Source: an uncultured Candidatus Saccharibacteria bacterium | GTDB taxonomy: Bacteria; Patescibacteriota; Minisyncoccia; Portnoybacterales; UBA2143 | DNA: 64,000 nt | Assembly: GCA_964594155.1 (NCBI GenBank) | Contig: CAZQLH010000002.1 | Span: forward strand, 44,324-108,323 | Reading direction: 5' to 3' | Shown: piece by piece, positions 48,170-56,852 of the stretch | How positions within the stretch are numbered: the stretch's first letter is position 1 | Layout: every line of letters begins with the position of its first letter | Translations under genes and position numbers: made by a program | The notes under the pieces: model-generated | What the model was told of the DNA's origin: nothing | Seen by the model: only the letters and a program-made list of their open reading frames with translations | Database searches by the model: none

Positions 48170-48985
48170 ATGCAAGAATATTTAATCCAAACAAAAAACG
48201 AACTAAAATTAAGAAACTACAGCATAAGAACAATAAAAAGTTATCTTTTGTGCTTAAAAGAATATTTTTCTTTTATTGAAAAAGATTTTGAAAAATTAAA
48301 TGTTGATCAAATAAGAAAATTTCTCTTAAAAAAACAAGAAAAAGGATATGCTCCTCAAACAATTAATCTTTATCTTAACTCAATAAAATTCTTTTATCGT
48401 GAAATTATTAAATCTTCTAATAATATAGATCTTAAATTCGCTAAAACAAATAAAAGATTGCCTGTTATTTTATCTCGGAAAGAAATTAAAAAAATTACAG
48501 AAAAAATAAAAAATAAAAAACATAAATTGATTATCTCTTTAACTTATGGGGCTGGTTTAAGAATCAGCGAAATAATTAATCTTAAAGTAAAAGATATTAA
48601 TTTAGAAGAATTAACTATTCATATTAAACAAGCTAAAGGCAAACAAGATAGAATCACTATATTCCCTGAAATACTAAAAAAAGATATTGGCATCTTAATT
48701 GCTTTAAAAGATATGAATAACTATATTTTTGAGAGTAATCGGGGCGGCAAACTATCTATGGGTTCTCTTCAGCAAATATTTAAAAAGGCGTTAAAATTAT
48801 CAAAAATTAAAAAACAGGCTACTTTTCATTCTCTACGACATAGTTTTGCCACTCACCTATTAGAAAATGGAACTGATGTTCGCTATGTCCAAGAATTATT
48901 AGGCCATCAAAATATTAGAACAACTCAAATATATACTAAAGTTACCAATCCTAGTCTTAAAAACATTAAAAGCCCTTTTAATTAA
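48170..48985 (+). CDS. Tyrosine recombinase, integron-integrase-like but without the IntI-specific insertion
   Basis: N-terminal LRNYS.RT.KSY SAM-like domain; GLRISE, KGKQDR, HSLRHSFATHLLE.G.D.R.VQELLGH..I.TTQIYT. Confidence 0.92.
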   Translation: MQEYLIQTKNELKLRNYSIRTIKSYLLCLKEYFSFIEKDFEKLNVDQIRKFLLKKQEKGYAPQTINLYLNSIKFFYREIIKSSNNIDLKFAKTNKRLPVILSRKEIKKITEKIKNKKHKLIISLTYGAGLRISEIINLKVKDINLEELTIHIKQAKGKQDRITIFPEILKKDIGILIALKDMNNYIFESNRGGKLSMGSLQQIFKKALKLSKIKKQATFHSLRHSFATHLLENGTDVRYVQELLGHQNIRTTQIYTKVTNPSLKNIKSPFN

Positions 48986-49026
48986 GTTTGACGAAAAGGG
49001 TTAAAAATGTTAATTTAAGCCATATA

Positions 49027-50544
49027 ATGACCAAGAAAAAAGAAAAACAGAATAAGTTAAAAACAAGACCGCCTGTTGTGGTCATTTTAGGCCATGTTGA
49101 TCATGGAAAATCTTCAATTTTAGAAGCAGTTAAAGATCTTAAAATTACTGAAAAAGAATCTGGCGGAATTACACAGCATATTGGAGCCTACCAAGTGGAA
49201 CATCAAGGCAAAAAAATCACTTTTATTGACACGCCTGGCCATGAGGTTTTTTCAGCAATGCGTTCTCGGGGCGCTAAAGTGGCTGATATTGCTATTTTAG
49301 TTGTGGCAGCTGAAGAAGGTGTTAAGCCGCAAACTAAAGAAGCTATTGCCCATATTAAAAAAACCGGTCTTCCTTTAATTGTTGCTTTGAATAAAATTGA
49401 TAAAAAAGAAGCTCAGCCAGAAAAAGTTAAACGTGAATTGTCAGAAAACGATATTTTAGTTGAATCATTAGGCGGTAAAATTCCTTGTATTAATCTTTCA
49501 GCTAAAAAAGGCCAAGGCATAGATGAATTTTTAGAAATGATTCTTTTAGTAGCTGAAATGGAAGAATTAAAAGACGAGTCAAGTGAATTAGCTTCTGGAC
49601 TAGTTATTGAATCATATCAAGATGACCGTCGCGGAGCTACAGCTACTCTTTTGGTTAAAAAAGGAATTTTAGAAAAAAAAGATATTATTGGCACTGATTC
49701 AACTATGGGGAAAATTAAATCAATGGAAAATTTCCAATTTCGACCTATAGAAAAAGCGCCTACTTCTATGCCTGTTATTATCACCGGCTTTAACCAAGTT
49801 CCCCAAGTAGGAGAAAAATTCTCTGTATTTAAAAGCCTTGATGAAGCTCAAATTAGAATTGACAAAAAAACAGCCAAAAGAAATATGATGCCTGGTGGAG
49901 AAAAAGAAGTTTTTTCTTTTGACCCAGATAAAAAAGTCCTTAATATTATTCTTAAAGCTGATGTTCATGGTTCTTTAGAAGCTATTAAAGAATCATTTAA
50001 AAGTATTCCTTCTGATGAAGTAATTATTAGAATCTTAAAATCTGAAGTTGGAGAAATTAATGAATCAGATATTAAATTAGCTGAATCAGCCAAGGCAAAA
50101 GTAATTGGATTTAGAAATAAAGCCAATCAATCTGTTAAGCAATTAGCTCAACAAAAGAAAATAAGGGTTTCTACTTTTGAAATAATCTATGAGCTTATCC
50201 AAGAAATAAGGCAATTAGCTTCTAATCTTTTAGATCCGGAAATAACTAGAAATGATTTAGGCAAAGTTAAAATCTTAGCTGTATTCCGAACTGAAAAAGA
50301 CAGACAGATTATTGGAGGCAAAGTAACTAGCGGACAAATTAAAAAAGGAACCTTGATTGATGTTATCCAAGATGGAAAAAAAGCAGGCCAAGGAAAAATA
50401 ATACAGCTTCAACGCGATAAAAAAGAAGCTGATGAAGTAAACAAAGGACAAGAATGCGGCCTTCTTTTTCAAGGAACATCTGTTATTGAAAAAGGAGATA
50501 TCCTAGAATTTTACGAAGAAGAAAGAAAAAAGAGAGAAATATAA
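49027..50544 (+). CDS. infB: Translation initiation factor IF-2 (short form)
   Basis: [31 protein letters not shown]. Confidence 0.97.
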   Translation: MTKKKEKQNKLKTRPPVVVILGHVDHGKSSILEAVKDLKITEKESGGITQHIGAYQVEHQGKKITFIDTPGHEVFSAMRSRGAKVADIAILVVAAEEGVKPQTKEAIAHIKKTGLPLIVALNKIDKKEAQPEKVKRELSENDILVESLGGKIPCINLSAKKGQGIDEFLEMILLVAEMEELKDESSELASGLVIESYQDDRRGATATLLVKKGILEKKDIIGTDSTMGKIKSMENFQFRPIEKAPTSMPVIITGFNQVPQVGEKFSVFKSLDEAQIRIDKKTAKRNMMPGGEKEVFSFDPDKKVLNIILKADVHGSLEAIKESFKSIPSDEVIIRILKSEVGEINESDIKLAESAKAKVIGFRNKANQSVKQLAQQKKIRVSTFEIIYELIQEIRQLASNLLDPEITRNDLGKVKILAVFRTEKDRQIIGGKVTSGQIKKGTLIDVIQDGKKAGQGKIIQLQRDKKEADEVNKGQECGLLFQGTSVIEKGDILEFYEEERKKREI

Positions 50545-50551
50545 AAAATAA

Positions 50552-50890
50552 ATGTCTTCTGATAGAATAAAACGAATTAATCAGCTTCTTAAACAAGAAG
50601 TTAGCCAATTGCTTTTAAAAGAAGTTGATTTTAAAGATGTTTTAGTTACAATTACCAGAGTAAAAACATCACCTGATTTAAAATACGCTAAAATCAATAT
50701 TAGCGTCTTGCCAACAGAAAAAAATGAATTAGCTTTAAAAATAATTGAAAAAAATATTTTTAATATTCAACAAGAACTTAATAAAAGATTGCATCTAAAA
50801 TTCGTTCCTAAAATCAGATTTGAAATTGATCAAGTAGAAGTAGAAGCCAAAAGAATTGAAGAAATTTTAAGTAAAATAGATAAATCTTGA
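50552..50890 (+). CDS. rbfA: Ribosome-binding factor A
   Basis: VTITRV.TSPDLKYAK, VPKIRFEID; follows infB. Confidence 0.93.
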   Translation: MSSDRIKRINQLLKQEVSQLLLKEVDFKDVLVTITRVKTSPDLKYAKINISVLPTEKNELALKIIEKNIFNIQQELNKRLHLKFVPKIRFEIDQVEVEAKRIEEILSKIDKS

Positions 50891-50924
50891 AATTATTAAG
50901 AAATGTGGTAGAATAGGGAAATAA

Positions 50925-50996
50925 GGCCTTGTGGCGGAGTGGCTTACGCGGCGGTTTGCAAAACCGCTTACACCGGTTCAATTCCGGTCAAGGCCT
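50925..50996 (+). tRNA. tRNA-Cys(GCA)
   Basis: GGCCTTG/CAAGGCC, GCGGT-TTGCAAA-ACCGC, U73. Confidence 0.95.
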
Positions 50997-51017
50997 CTCG
51001 ATAAACAATAAATTTAT

Positions 51018-51103
51018 GCCGGAGTGATGGAATTGCCAGACATGCACGACTTAAAATCGTGTGGGCTTAGCCCGTGCGGGTTGGAATCCCGCCTCCGGCA
51101 CCA
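51018..51103 (+). tRNA. tRNA-Leu(TAA)
   Basis: GCCGGAG/CTCCGGC, CACGA-CTTAAAA-TCGTG, CCA; atypical T-loop TTGGAAT. Confidence 0.9.
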
Positions 51104-51109
51104 AAAAAT

Positions 51110-51865
51110 ATGGAAGGTTTATTTACTAAAGCTATCAATTCCCACTTCTTTAAAGAATGGAATTCAGAAATGAGTTATGTTTTAGGATACATAACAGCCG
51201 ATGGATGTATATCTATGGATAAAAAAAGAAAAAATCCATTTTCTCTTAATATAACTTCTGCTGAAAAAAAACATTTATATAAAATAAGAAAAGCACTTGG
51301 ATCAACTCATAAAATAGGTAAAAAAATAGGAGGATACTCTGGTGGGATTTCTTACCAAATTCAACTTCGTAATCCAGTTATTTGTAATAATCTTATAAAT
51401 TTAGGTATCTTACCTAGAAAGACATACAATTTAAATCCAATAAAAGTCCCTAATAAATATTTTTCTGATTTTGTTCGGGGATTTTTTGATGGCGATGGGA
51501 CAGTTTATATTTACACAGTTAATAGTACACCACAAATAAAAACTGAATTTGTAAGCACAAGTTTGCCTTTTATAACTGAATTTAATAAAGATCTCTGTAA
51601 AGGACTTAACATTCCTCAAAAAGCTATTCACAAACAAATTCCTAAAATAAAAAATAAAGTTGTTATGTATTCTATTTGTCTATATGTTGATGATTGTGAA
51701 AGATTAAATAAATTTATGTATCAAAATAATCCATCCTTATATCTCCCACGAAAGTATAAAGTTTTTGAAAAATGGAAAACTATTAAAAGAAGAAAATACA
51801 CGAAACAAAATTACCCATCAAAAGTTGGCTGGCAATTAAATCAAAATTACTTAAGAACAAACTAA
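51110..51865 (+). CDS. Free-standing double-motif LAGLIDADG endonuclease-like protein
   Basis: YVLGYITADGCI and FVRGFFDGDGTV; start ATG 51110. Confidence 0.88.
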   Translation: MEGLFTKAINSHFFKEWNSEMSYVLGYITADGCISMDKKRKNPFSLNITSAEKKHLYKIRKALGSTHKIGKKIGGYSGGISYQIQLRNPVICNNLINLGILPRKTYNLNPIKVPNKYFSDFVRGFFDGDGTVYIYTVNSTPQIKTEFVSTSLPFITEFNKDLCKGLNIPQKAIHKQIPKIKNKVVMYSICLYVDDCERLNKFMYQNNPSLYLPRKYKVFEKWKTIKRRKYTKQNYPSKVGWQLNQNYLRTN

Positions 51866-51892
51866 AAAAGACCCGATTGACGGGTCTTTTTT
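51864..51892. terminator. Bidirectional intrinsic terminator
   Basis: AAAAAAGACCCG-ATTGA-CGGGTCTTTTTT. Confidence 0.75.
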
Positions 51893-52379
51893 ATGCTCCA
51901 AGTACTTCTATTTTAACTTGTTTGATTCCAAATTGTTTGGCTTGATTACGAGAAGCAAACCAAATATCTATTTTATGGCTGTTTTTGCGAGCCATTCGGT
52001 CCTCAACTATGAAAATCTTATCTCCATATAATTGAGGAAAACGAACTCGCGTTCCAAACCTCAAAAAGTTACAAGCAACAATACCATCTCGAACTCTGGT
52101 TCCTGAAGCAGTAATAAAAGGTGTTGAGTCAGTTTGATCAAATGTGCTTGAATAAGCAGTTGTCAAAACCCAAGAACTATATCTTACTACTGGAATATCA
52201 GGAACAGACGGCTGAATTAAAGCCTGGCCATAAAGAGTGGCCAAATTATTATCCAAAGATGCCTGAATTTCTTCAGCTGAATTCAAATCAATTGAATTAT
52301 AGCCAGAATAAGGTAATAGCAAGTTGGAAACCAAGCTAGCTAGAGCCAATGAAGCTGAAACTTTCGGATTAATATACAT
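51891..52379 (-). CDS. 3D-domain protein (lytic transglycosylase-like)
   Basis: TAYSS..QTD.TP.ITASG, VEDRM, IDIW, A.QFG. Confidence 0.88.
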   Translation of the reverse strand: MYINPKVSASLALASLVSNLLLPYSGYNSIDLNSAEEIQASLDNNLATLYGQALIQPSVPDIPVVRYSSWVLTTAYSSTFDQTDSTPFITASGTRVRDGIVACNFLRFGTRVRFPQLYGDKIFIVEDRMARKNSHKIDIWFASRNQAKQFGIKQVKIEVLGA

Positions 52380-52488
52380 AATATTGTTAAAGCAAATTAA
52401 AAAAGCCCTTCAGGACTTTCCCATATACTATCATATCTAATCCAATTTGTCAAGGATTTTTAGGGTATTTTATTGAATAAAAATCGTG

Positions 52489-52560
52489 AGCGGGTGAGCG
52501 GAATCGAACCGCCGTCGCGTGATTGGCAACCACGTGTAATAACCACTATACGACACCCGC
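52489..52560 (-). tRNA. tRNA-Gly(GCC)
   Basis: Reverse complement: GCGGGTG/CACCCGC, loop TTGCCAA. Confidence 0.95.
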
Positions 52561-52611
52561 ATATTCAATTGTTCTTATTATACTACACTATCTCAATTTT
52601 TCAAGAAATTG

Positions 52612-52683
52612 TGCCGAGGGGCGGATTTGAACCGCCGACACCACGAGTTTCAGTCGTGTGCTCTACCCCTGAGCTACCTCGGC
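52612..52683 (-). tRNA. tRNA-Phe(GAA)
   Basis: Reverse complement: GCCGAGG/CCTCGGC, CACGA-CTGAAAC-TCGTG. Confidence 0.95.
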
Positions 52684-52700
52684 ATATATTTAATTTTCTG

Positions 52701-52775
52701 TGGACCGTGTGGGACTCGAACCCACGACCCCTTCGATGCCATCGAAGTACTCTAAACCAACTGAGCTAACGGCCC
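52701..52775 (-). tRNA. tRNA-Ala(GGC)
   Basis: Reverse complement: GGGCCGT/ACGGTCC with G3-U70, CTTCG-ATGGCAT-CGAAG. Confidence 0.93.
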
Positions 52776-52783
52776 CTTGCCAG

Positions 52784-52855
52784 TACCCCTACTAGGAGTC
52801 GAACCTAGATCAATGGCTTAGGAAGCCACGGCTCTATCCATTGAGCTATAGGGGC
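52784..52855 (-). tRNA. tRNA-Arg(CCT)
   Basis: Reverse complement: GCCCCTA/TAGGGGT, loop TTCCTAA. Confidence 0.94.
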
Positions 52856-52885
52856 AGTTTTCCCCATTGCTCACATAATATAATA

Positions 52886-52914
52886 TTGACTTAATTGAGT
52901 CAATGGAATATACT
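52886..52914 (+). promoter_or_regulatory. Sigma70-type promoter for the HtrA gene
   Basis: TTGACT-17 bp-TATACT. Confidence 0.6.
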
Positions 52915-52944
52915 GTAAGTAATCTAAGATAAATCTATAAAAAT

Positions 52945-54018
52945 ATGGCTAAAATAAAATCACCTACTGTTAAAGTTGTTAAAAAAATAAGTCCAGCTGT
53001 AGTTAGTATTATTATCAGCAAGGACCTGCCTAAAATCAAAAGATATATCTATCAGCCTTTTGATGAATTTTTAGGACCTTATGGTCCGCCTATCACTCAA
53101 TACCGCCAAGAAGGAAAACAAAAAGTTAAGCTTGGCGGAGGAAGTGGTTTTTTTGTTTCTCCAGACGGCATTATTATCACTAATCGCCATGTAGTTGTTT
53201 CTCCTGATGTTGACTATACAATAGTAACTGCTGTTGGAAAAGAATATCAAACAGAAATCTTAGCCCGTGATTCAGTTAATGACGTAGCTATTATTAAAAT
53301 TAAAGATACTAAAAAAAAGAAATTCCCAATTTTAGAATTAGGCGATTCTAATAAGGTTGAATTAGGACAAGATGTTGTAGCAATTGGCAATGCCTTAGGC
53401 GCTTTTAGAAACACTGTTTCTACTGGAGTTGTTTCTGGATTAAGCCGTTTCATTACTGCCCGCGATGGTATATCTGGTCAGTCAGCTTCTTTAAGAGGTT
53501 TAATCCAAACTGACGCGGCTATTAACCCAGGTAATTCAGGCGGACCTTTGGTTGATCTTGATGGCAAAGTCATTGCTATTAACGTAGCTACGGTCATGGG
53601 CGCTCAAAATATTGGCTTTGCTATTCCAGTTAATAATGCCAAAAAAGATCTATCTGACCTTAAAAAACATGGCCGGATTATCCAGCCATTTTTAGGCGTC
53701 CGCTATATTATGATAAATAAAATGGTTCAAGAAAGCTTTGCTGAAAGATTTGGTCTTCGCTTGCCAATTGATCATGGCGCTTTAGTTATTCCTGAACCAG
53801 GTATTGGCGATTCATCTATAGTTCCTAACAGTCCAGCAGCTAAAGCTGGCATAATGGAACGAGATATTATTTTAGAATTTGGCAAAACAAAAGTTACTGA
53901 AAAGAATCCTCTCCAGGAACTTATCTATAAGCATAAGCCAGGAGATGTAATTAAGATAAAAATCTTAAGAGGAGATAAAATCGGTATTACCACAATAAAA
54001 CTTGAAGAAAGAAAATAA
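52945..54018 (+). CDS. HtrA/DegP-family serine protease with PDZ domain
   Basis: GSGFF, TNRHV, DVAII, TDAAINPGNSGGPL, SPAAKAG. Confidence 0.95.
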   Translation: MAKIKSPTVKVVKKISPAVVSIIISKDLPKIKRYIYQPFDEFLGPYGPPITQYRQEGKQKVKLGGGSGFFVSPDGIIITNRHVVVSPDVDYTIVTAVGKEYQTEILARDSVNDVAIIKIKDTKKKKFPILELGDSNKVELGQDVVAIGNALGAFRNTVSTGVVSGLSRFITARDGISGQSASLRGLIQTDAAINPGNSGGPLVDLDGKVIAINVATVMGAQNIGFAIPVNNAKKDLSDLKKHGRIIQPFLGVRYIMINKMVQESFAERFGLRLPIDHGALVIPEPGIGDSSIVPNSPAAKAGIMERDIILEFGKTKVTEKNPLQELIYKHKPGDVIKIKILRGDKIGITTIKLEERK

Positions 54019-54073
54019 CAACGGACTCTCTGCCTGAGAACAGAAACCCCCTGAATTTTCAGAGGGTTTTTGT

Positions 54074-54694
54074 TTATCCAACTATTAATTGAAAAAGCAG
54101 GAAAACTAAAGGTAAAATCCATTGAAAGGCAAAAACAATAAAGAAAAGCAAAAGAAAAGTTCCATATTGCTCTAAAAACACTCTAATATTATCCAAAGAA
54201 CGAGGTAAAAAAGCAAAAAGAATTTTAGAACCATCAAGCGGAGGTATAGGAATTAAATTAAAAACAGCTAAAAGGATGTTCAAAAAAACAATTAACCCAA
54301 AAATTTGGGTTAAATTGCCTGAAATTAAAAACTGTTCAGGCGCAAAACGCATAGCCAAACCAAATACCAAAGCTACTAAAAGATTAGCTGACGGACCAGC
54401 CGCTGCTACTTTAGCTTCTCCATATCTTTGATCACGAAGATTATATGGATTAAAGGGAACTGGTTTGGCCCAGCCAAAAATTGCCTGACCCCCAGAAGCA
54501 ACAAATACCATAAATGGGATAATTAAAGATCCCCAAAAATCCAAATGTTTAATAGGATTTAAAGTTAAACGACCATAATTTTTAGCTGTTGGATCGCCTA
54601 AGTTAAAAGCCATCCAACCATGAGCAAACTCATGAATAACTACTGACATTAATAGAATAGCTAATTGAAAAATTAAGATTACAAAAGACTCCAT
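54074..54694 (-). CDS. Site-2 protease (M50 family)
   Basis: HEFAH, AGP..N, FNLIPIPPLDG. Confidence 0.95.
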   Translation of the reverse strand: MESFVILIFQLAILLMSVVIHEFAHGWMAFNLGDPTAKNYGRLTLNPIKHLDFWGSLIIPFMVFVASGGQAIFGWAKPVPFNPYNLRDQRYGEAKVAAAGPSANLLVALVFGLAMRFAPEQFLISGNLTQIFGLIVFLNILLAVFNLIPIPPLDGSKILFAFLPRSLDNIRVFLEQYGTFLLLFFIVFAFQWILPLVFLLFQLIVG

Positions 54695-54735
54695 ATGCTT
54701 GAAAAATTATAATTTAAATGATAGAATGGTTTATT

Positions 54736-54924
54736 ATGTCCAGACGATGTACAATTTGCAATAAAAAATCAATGGTTGCAACCATACGAAAAAAGCTTCG
54801 TGGTCAGTATAACCCAACTGGCAAAAAAAGAAAATACCCTAATCTGCAATGGGTATATCTTCCTAATGGCAAAAGGGTCAAGGCCTGCGCTAAATGCATC
54901 AAAGCCATGGGAAAAACTAAATAA
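54736..54924 (+). CDS. rpmB: 50S ribosomal protein L28
   Basis: MSRRCTICNK...KRKYPNLQ...ACAKCIK. Confidence 0.85.
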   Translation: MSRRCTICNKKSMVATIRKKLRGQYNPTGKKRKYPNLQWVYLPNGKRVKACAKCIKAMGKTK

Positions 54925-54993
54925 ATTCACAAAAGTAAAACGCCTTACTGAATTATCCAATAAGGCGTTTTTTTTTTTATTTATTTATTTAAC

Positions 54994-55140
54994 TTAGATA
55001 TGCCGCGAGACGCCGCAATTCCTGCAGGGACTTTTTTTTCTTTTTCTTTTATTTTTGGTTCCGCAATTCTTGCAGATCCAACCTACATTTTCTCTTTCCT
55101 GGGGTTTTTTTACTCTAGCAAACATTCTTTTCCCTTTCAT
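54994..55140 (-). CDS. 48-aa basic C4 zinc-finger microprotein (not in ORF track)
   Basis: MKGKRMFARVKKPQERENVGWICKNCGTKNKRKRKKSPCRNCGVSRHI; GGAGG RBS. Confidence 0.7.
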   Translation of the reverse strand: MKGKRMFARVKKPQERENVGWICKNCGTKNKRKRKKSPCRNCGVSRHI

Positions 55141-55148
55141 AAAGCCTC

Positions 55149-55286
55149 CTATTGTTGGTCATCAGATGATCTATCAGAACTTTCTTTGGGCTCCTTATCT
55201 CCTCCTTCTTTGTTTTTACTCAGCATTTCATCAATTTCGCTATTATCAATAATGACATTAACCGGAATACCAAAAATTTCTTTCAT
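55149..55286 (-). CDS. 45-aa acidic microprotein (not in ORF track)
   Basis: MKEIFGIPVNVIIDNSEIDEMLSKNKEGGDKEPKESSDRSSDDQQ; AAGGAG RBS; upstream TTGACA-16-TATAAT. Confidence 0.6.
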   Translation of the reverse strand: MKEIFGIPVNVIIDNSEIDEMLSKNKEGGDKEPKESSDRSSDDQQ

Positions 55287-55363
55287 TGTTTTTTCTCCTT
55301 TTTTTAAAAAACAAAAATAACCTTAAGGCTGTTATTATAGCAAGAATAAAATCCTTGTCAACC

Positions 55364-55972
55364 CTATTCTTCTTTCATATCTAAATTGACATCATAAAGG
55401 ATTTCTTCTACAACTAAGCGGTAATTGAGAATTTCTTCTTTTTTAAACCAAATTTCTATTTCTTTTTTTGCTTCTTCAGGGCTGCCTGATGCATGAACAA
55501 GATTTCTAATTGCCCGATTATCAGTATCAGCTAAAGGATAAGAATCAATGGTAAAATCGCCCCGAATTGTTCCTACGTCAGAAATCAATGGCTCTGTTCC
55601 GCCGGTAATCTTCCTTATAATGCCATTTGCTTCATTTCCCTGCCAAACCATTGCTATTATCGGGCCAGAGGACATAAATTTTTTTAACTTGCCCAAAACC
55701 CATTGTCCGCATTCCTTGGGATTTTTAAATATCGGCTTTTCTCCTTTTTTCTTATAAGAATCTATTGTTTTTTTACCAACTGACTCTAACCAATTATCAT
55801 CAATTAAATAATGCTGTTCAATTAACTCTGGGGTTGGAATAAAAAACTTTAAGCCAATTAATTTTAATCCTGTTTGTTCATAACGTTTAATTATTTCGCC
55901 AATTAACGAACGTTGAATGCCATCAGGTTTTATAAGAACTAAACTTCTTTCTTTTTGTCTTTTATTCTTCAT
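55364..55972 (-). CDS. ndk: Nucleoside diphosphate kinase
   Basis: LIKPDG, GTIRGDF, NLVHASGS. Confidence 0.95.
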   Translation of the reverse strand: MKNKRQKERSLVLIKPDGIQRSLIGEIIKRYEQTGLKLIGLKFFIPTPELIEQHYLIDDNWLESVGKKTIDSYKKKGEKPIFKNPKECGQWVLGKLKKFMSSGPIIAMVWQGNEANGIIRKITGGTEPLISDVGTIRGDFTIDSYPLADTDNRAIRNLVHASGSPEEAKKEIEIWFKKEEILNYRLVVEEILYDVNLDMKEE

Positions 55973-55985
55973 TTTTTACCTCCTT

Positions 55986-56852
55986 TTATTTTTCAGTCAC
56001 TATATCAAATAAAACCCCATCTGTCAAAATTTGAATATCGTGATTTTTATCTGTTCTATAGATTGAAGAATTCTTTAATCTTTCTAAAACTGTTTCATTT
56101 GGATGATTATAGCGATTATTTTCTCCAACAGAAATCACAGCGATTTCTGGATTAACTTTATTAATAAAGCTCTGAATACTTGATGTTTTACTGCCATGAT
56201 GAGCTATTTTTAAAACATCTGATTCCAGCCATATATCCTGATTAACTAAATATTTTTCAATTTCTTTTTCAATATCGCCAGTTAAAAGAAATTCTGATTG
56301 ATTATAAACTAATCGCGCAACTATTGAACCGTTATTAGTATTCTTGTTAGATAATTCTATTAAATACTGATCTGGCCAAAGAATTTCTAAAATAATTCCA
56401 TCTTGTAAAATAATGTTCTGGCCAGCTTGAACTATGGTTAAAGGAATCTCTTTTTGTTTAATCAATTCCTGCCACTTTTTGTAAGTTGCTGTGTCTTTTT
56501 CAAAACCGCTAGTTAAAATACGGCCAATTTGATAATACTCAAGAACTTCAATTAGGCCAGTAATATGATCTGCGTCAGGATGTGTTAAAACAACTAAATC
56601 AATAGTTTGATCGTAAAAAGGCATTGCTTGATTTAATTTTTCCAAAACAGTTTTATCTGGCCCGCCATCAATTAAAACTTGTCTTTTATTTGGCGTTTCA
56701 ATAAAAATACTATCTCCTTGTCCAACATCAAAAAAATGAACTTCTAAAATATTATTAGGCGTTTGAATGAAAATAACTGACCAGACAAAAATAGTCCCGC
56801 TAAAAAGGATTATTAAAATGAAATATTTAGTTTTTCGCGCTATAAAAAACAT
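55986..56852 (-). CDS. ComEC-associated MBL-fold domain protein
   Basis: DVGQGD, LIDGG, THPDADH, LTGD, HHGS, N.YNHP. Confidence 0.92.
   Translation of the reverse strand: MFFIARKTKYFILIILFSGTIFVWSVIFIQTPNNILEVHFFDVGQGDSIFIETPNKRQVLIDGGPDKTVLEKLNQAMPFYDQTIDLVVLTHPDADHITGLIEVLEYYQIGRILTSGFEKDTATYKKWQELIKQKEIPLTIVQAGQNIILQDGIILEILWPDQYLIELSNKNTNNGSIVARLVYNQSEFLLTGDIEKEIEKYLVNQDIWLESDVLKIAHHGSKTSSIQSFINKVNPEIAVISVGENNRYNHPNETVLERLKNSSIYRTDKNHDIQILTDGVLFDIVTEK

Larger units (their letters stand above)
42021..48985. mobile_element. Integron-like element: tyrosine recombinase, attI-like site and four gene cassettes
   Basis: Integrase divergent from four co-oriented genes separated by related TAAY..GTTA hairpin sites. 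Confidence 0.85.

Noticed and set aside
6616-52769. ORFs or extensions overlapping tRNAs (6616, 7256, 35334, 35743, 36931, 38017, 51074, 52473)
   Set aside because: Artefacts of reading through tRNA genes
55000-55320. + strand ORFs 55000-55320 and 55055-55252
   Set aside because: Shadows of the two - strand microproteins, which have RBSs and a zinc-finger motif
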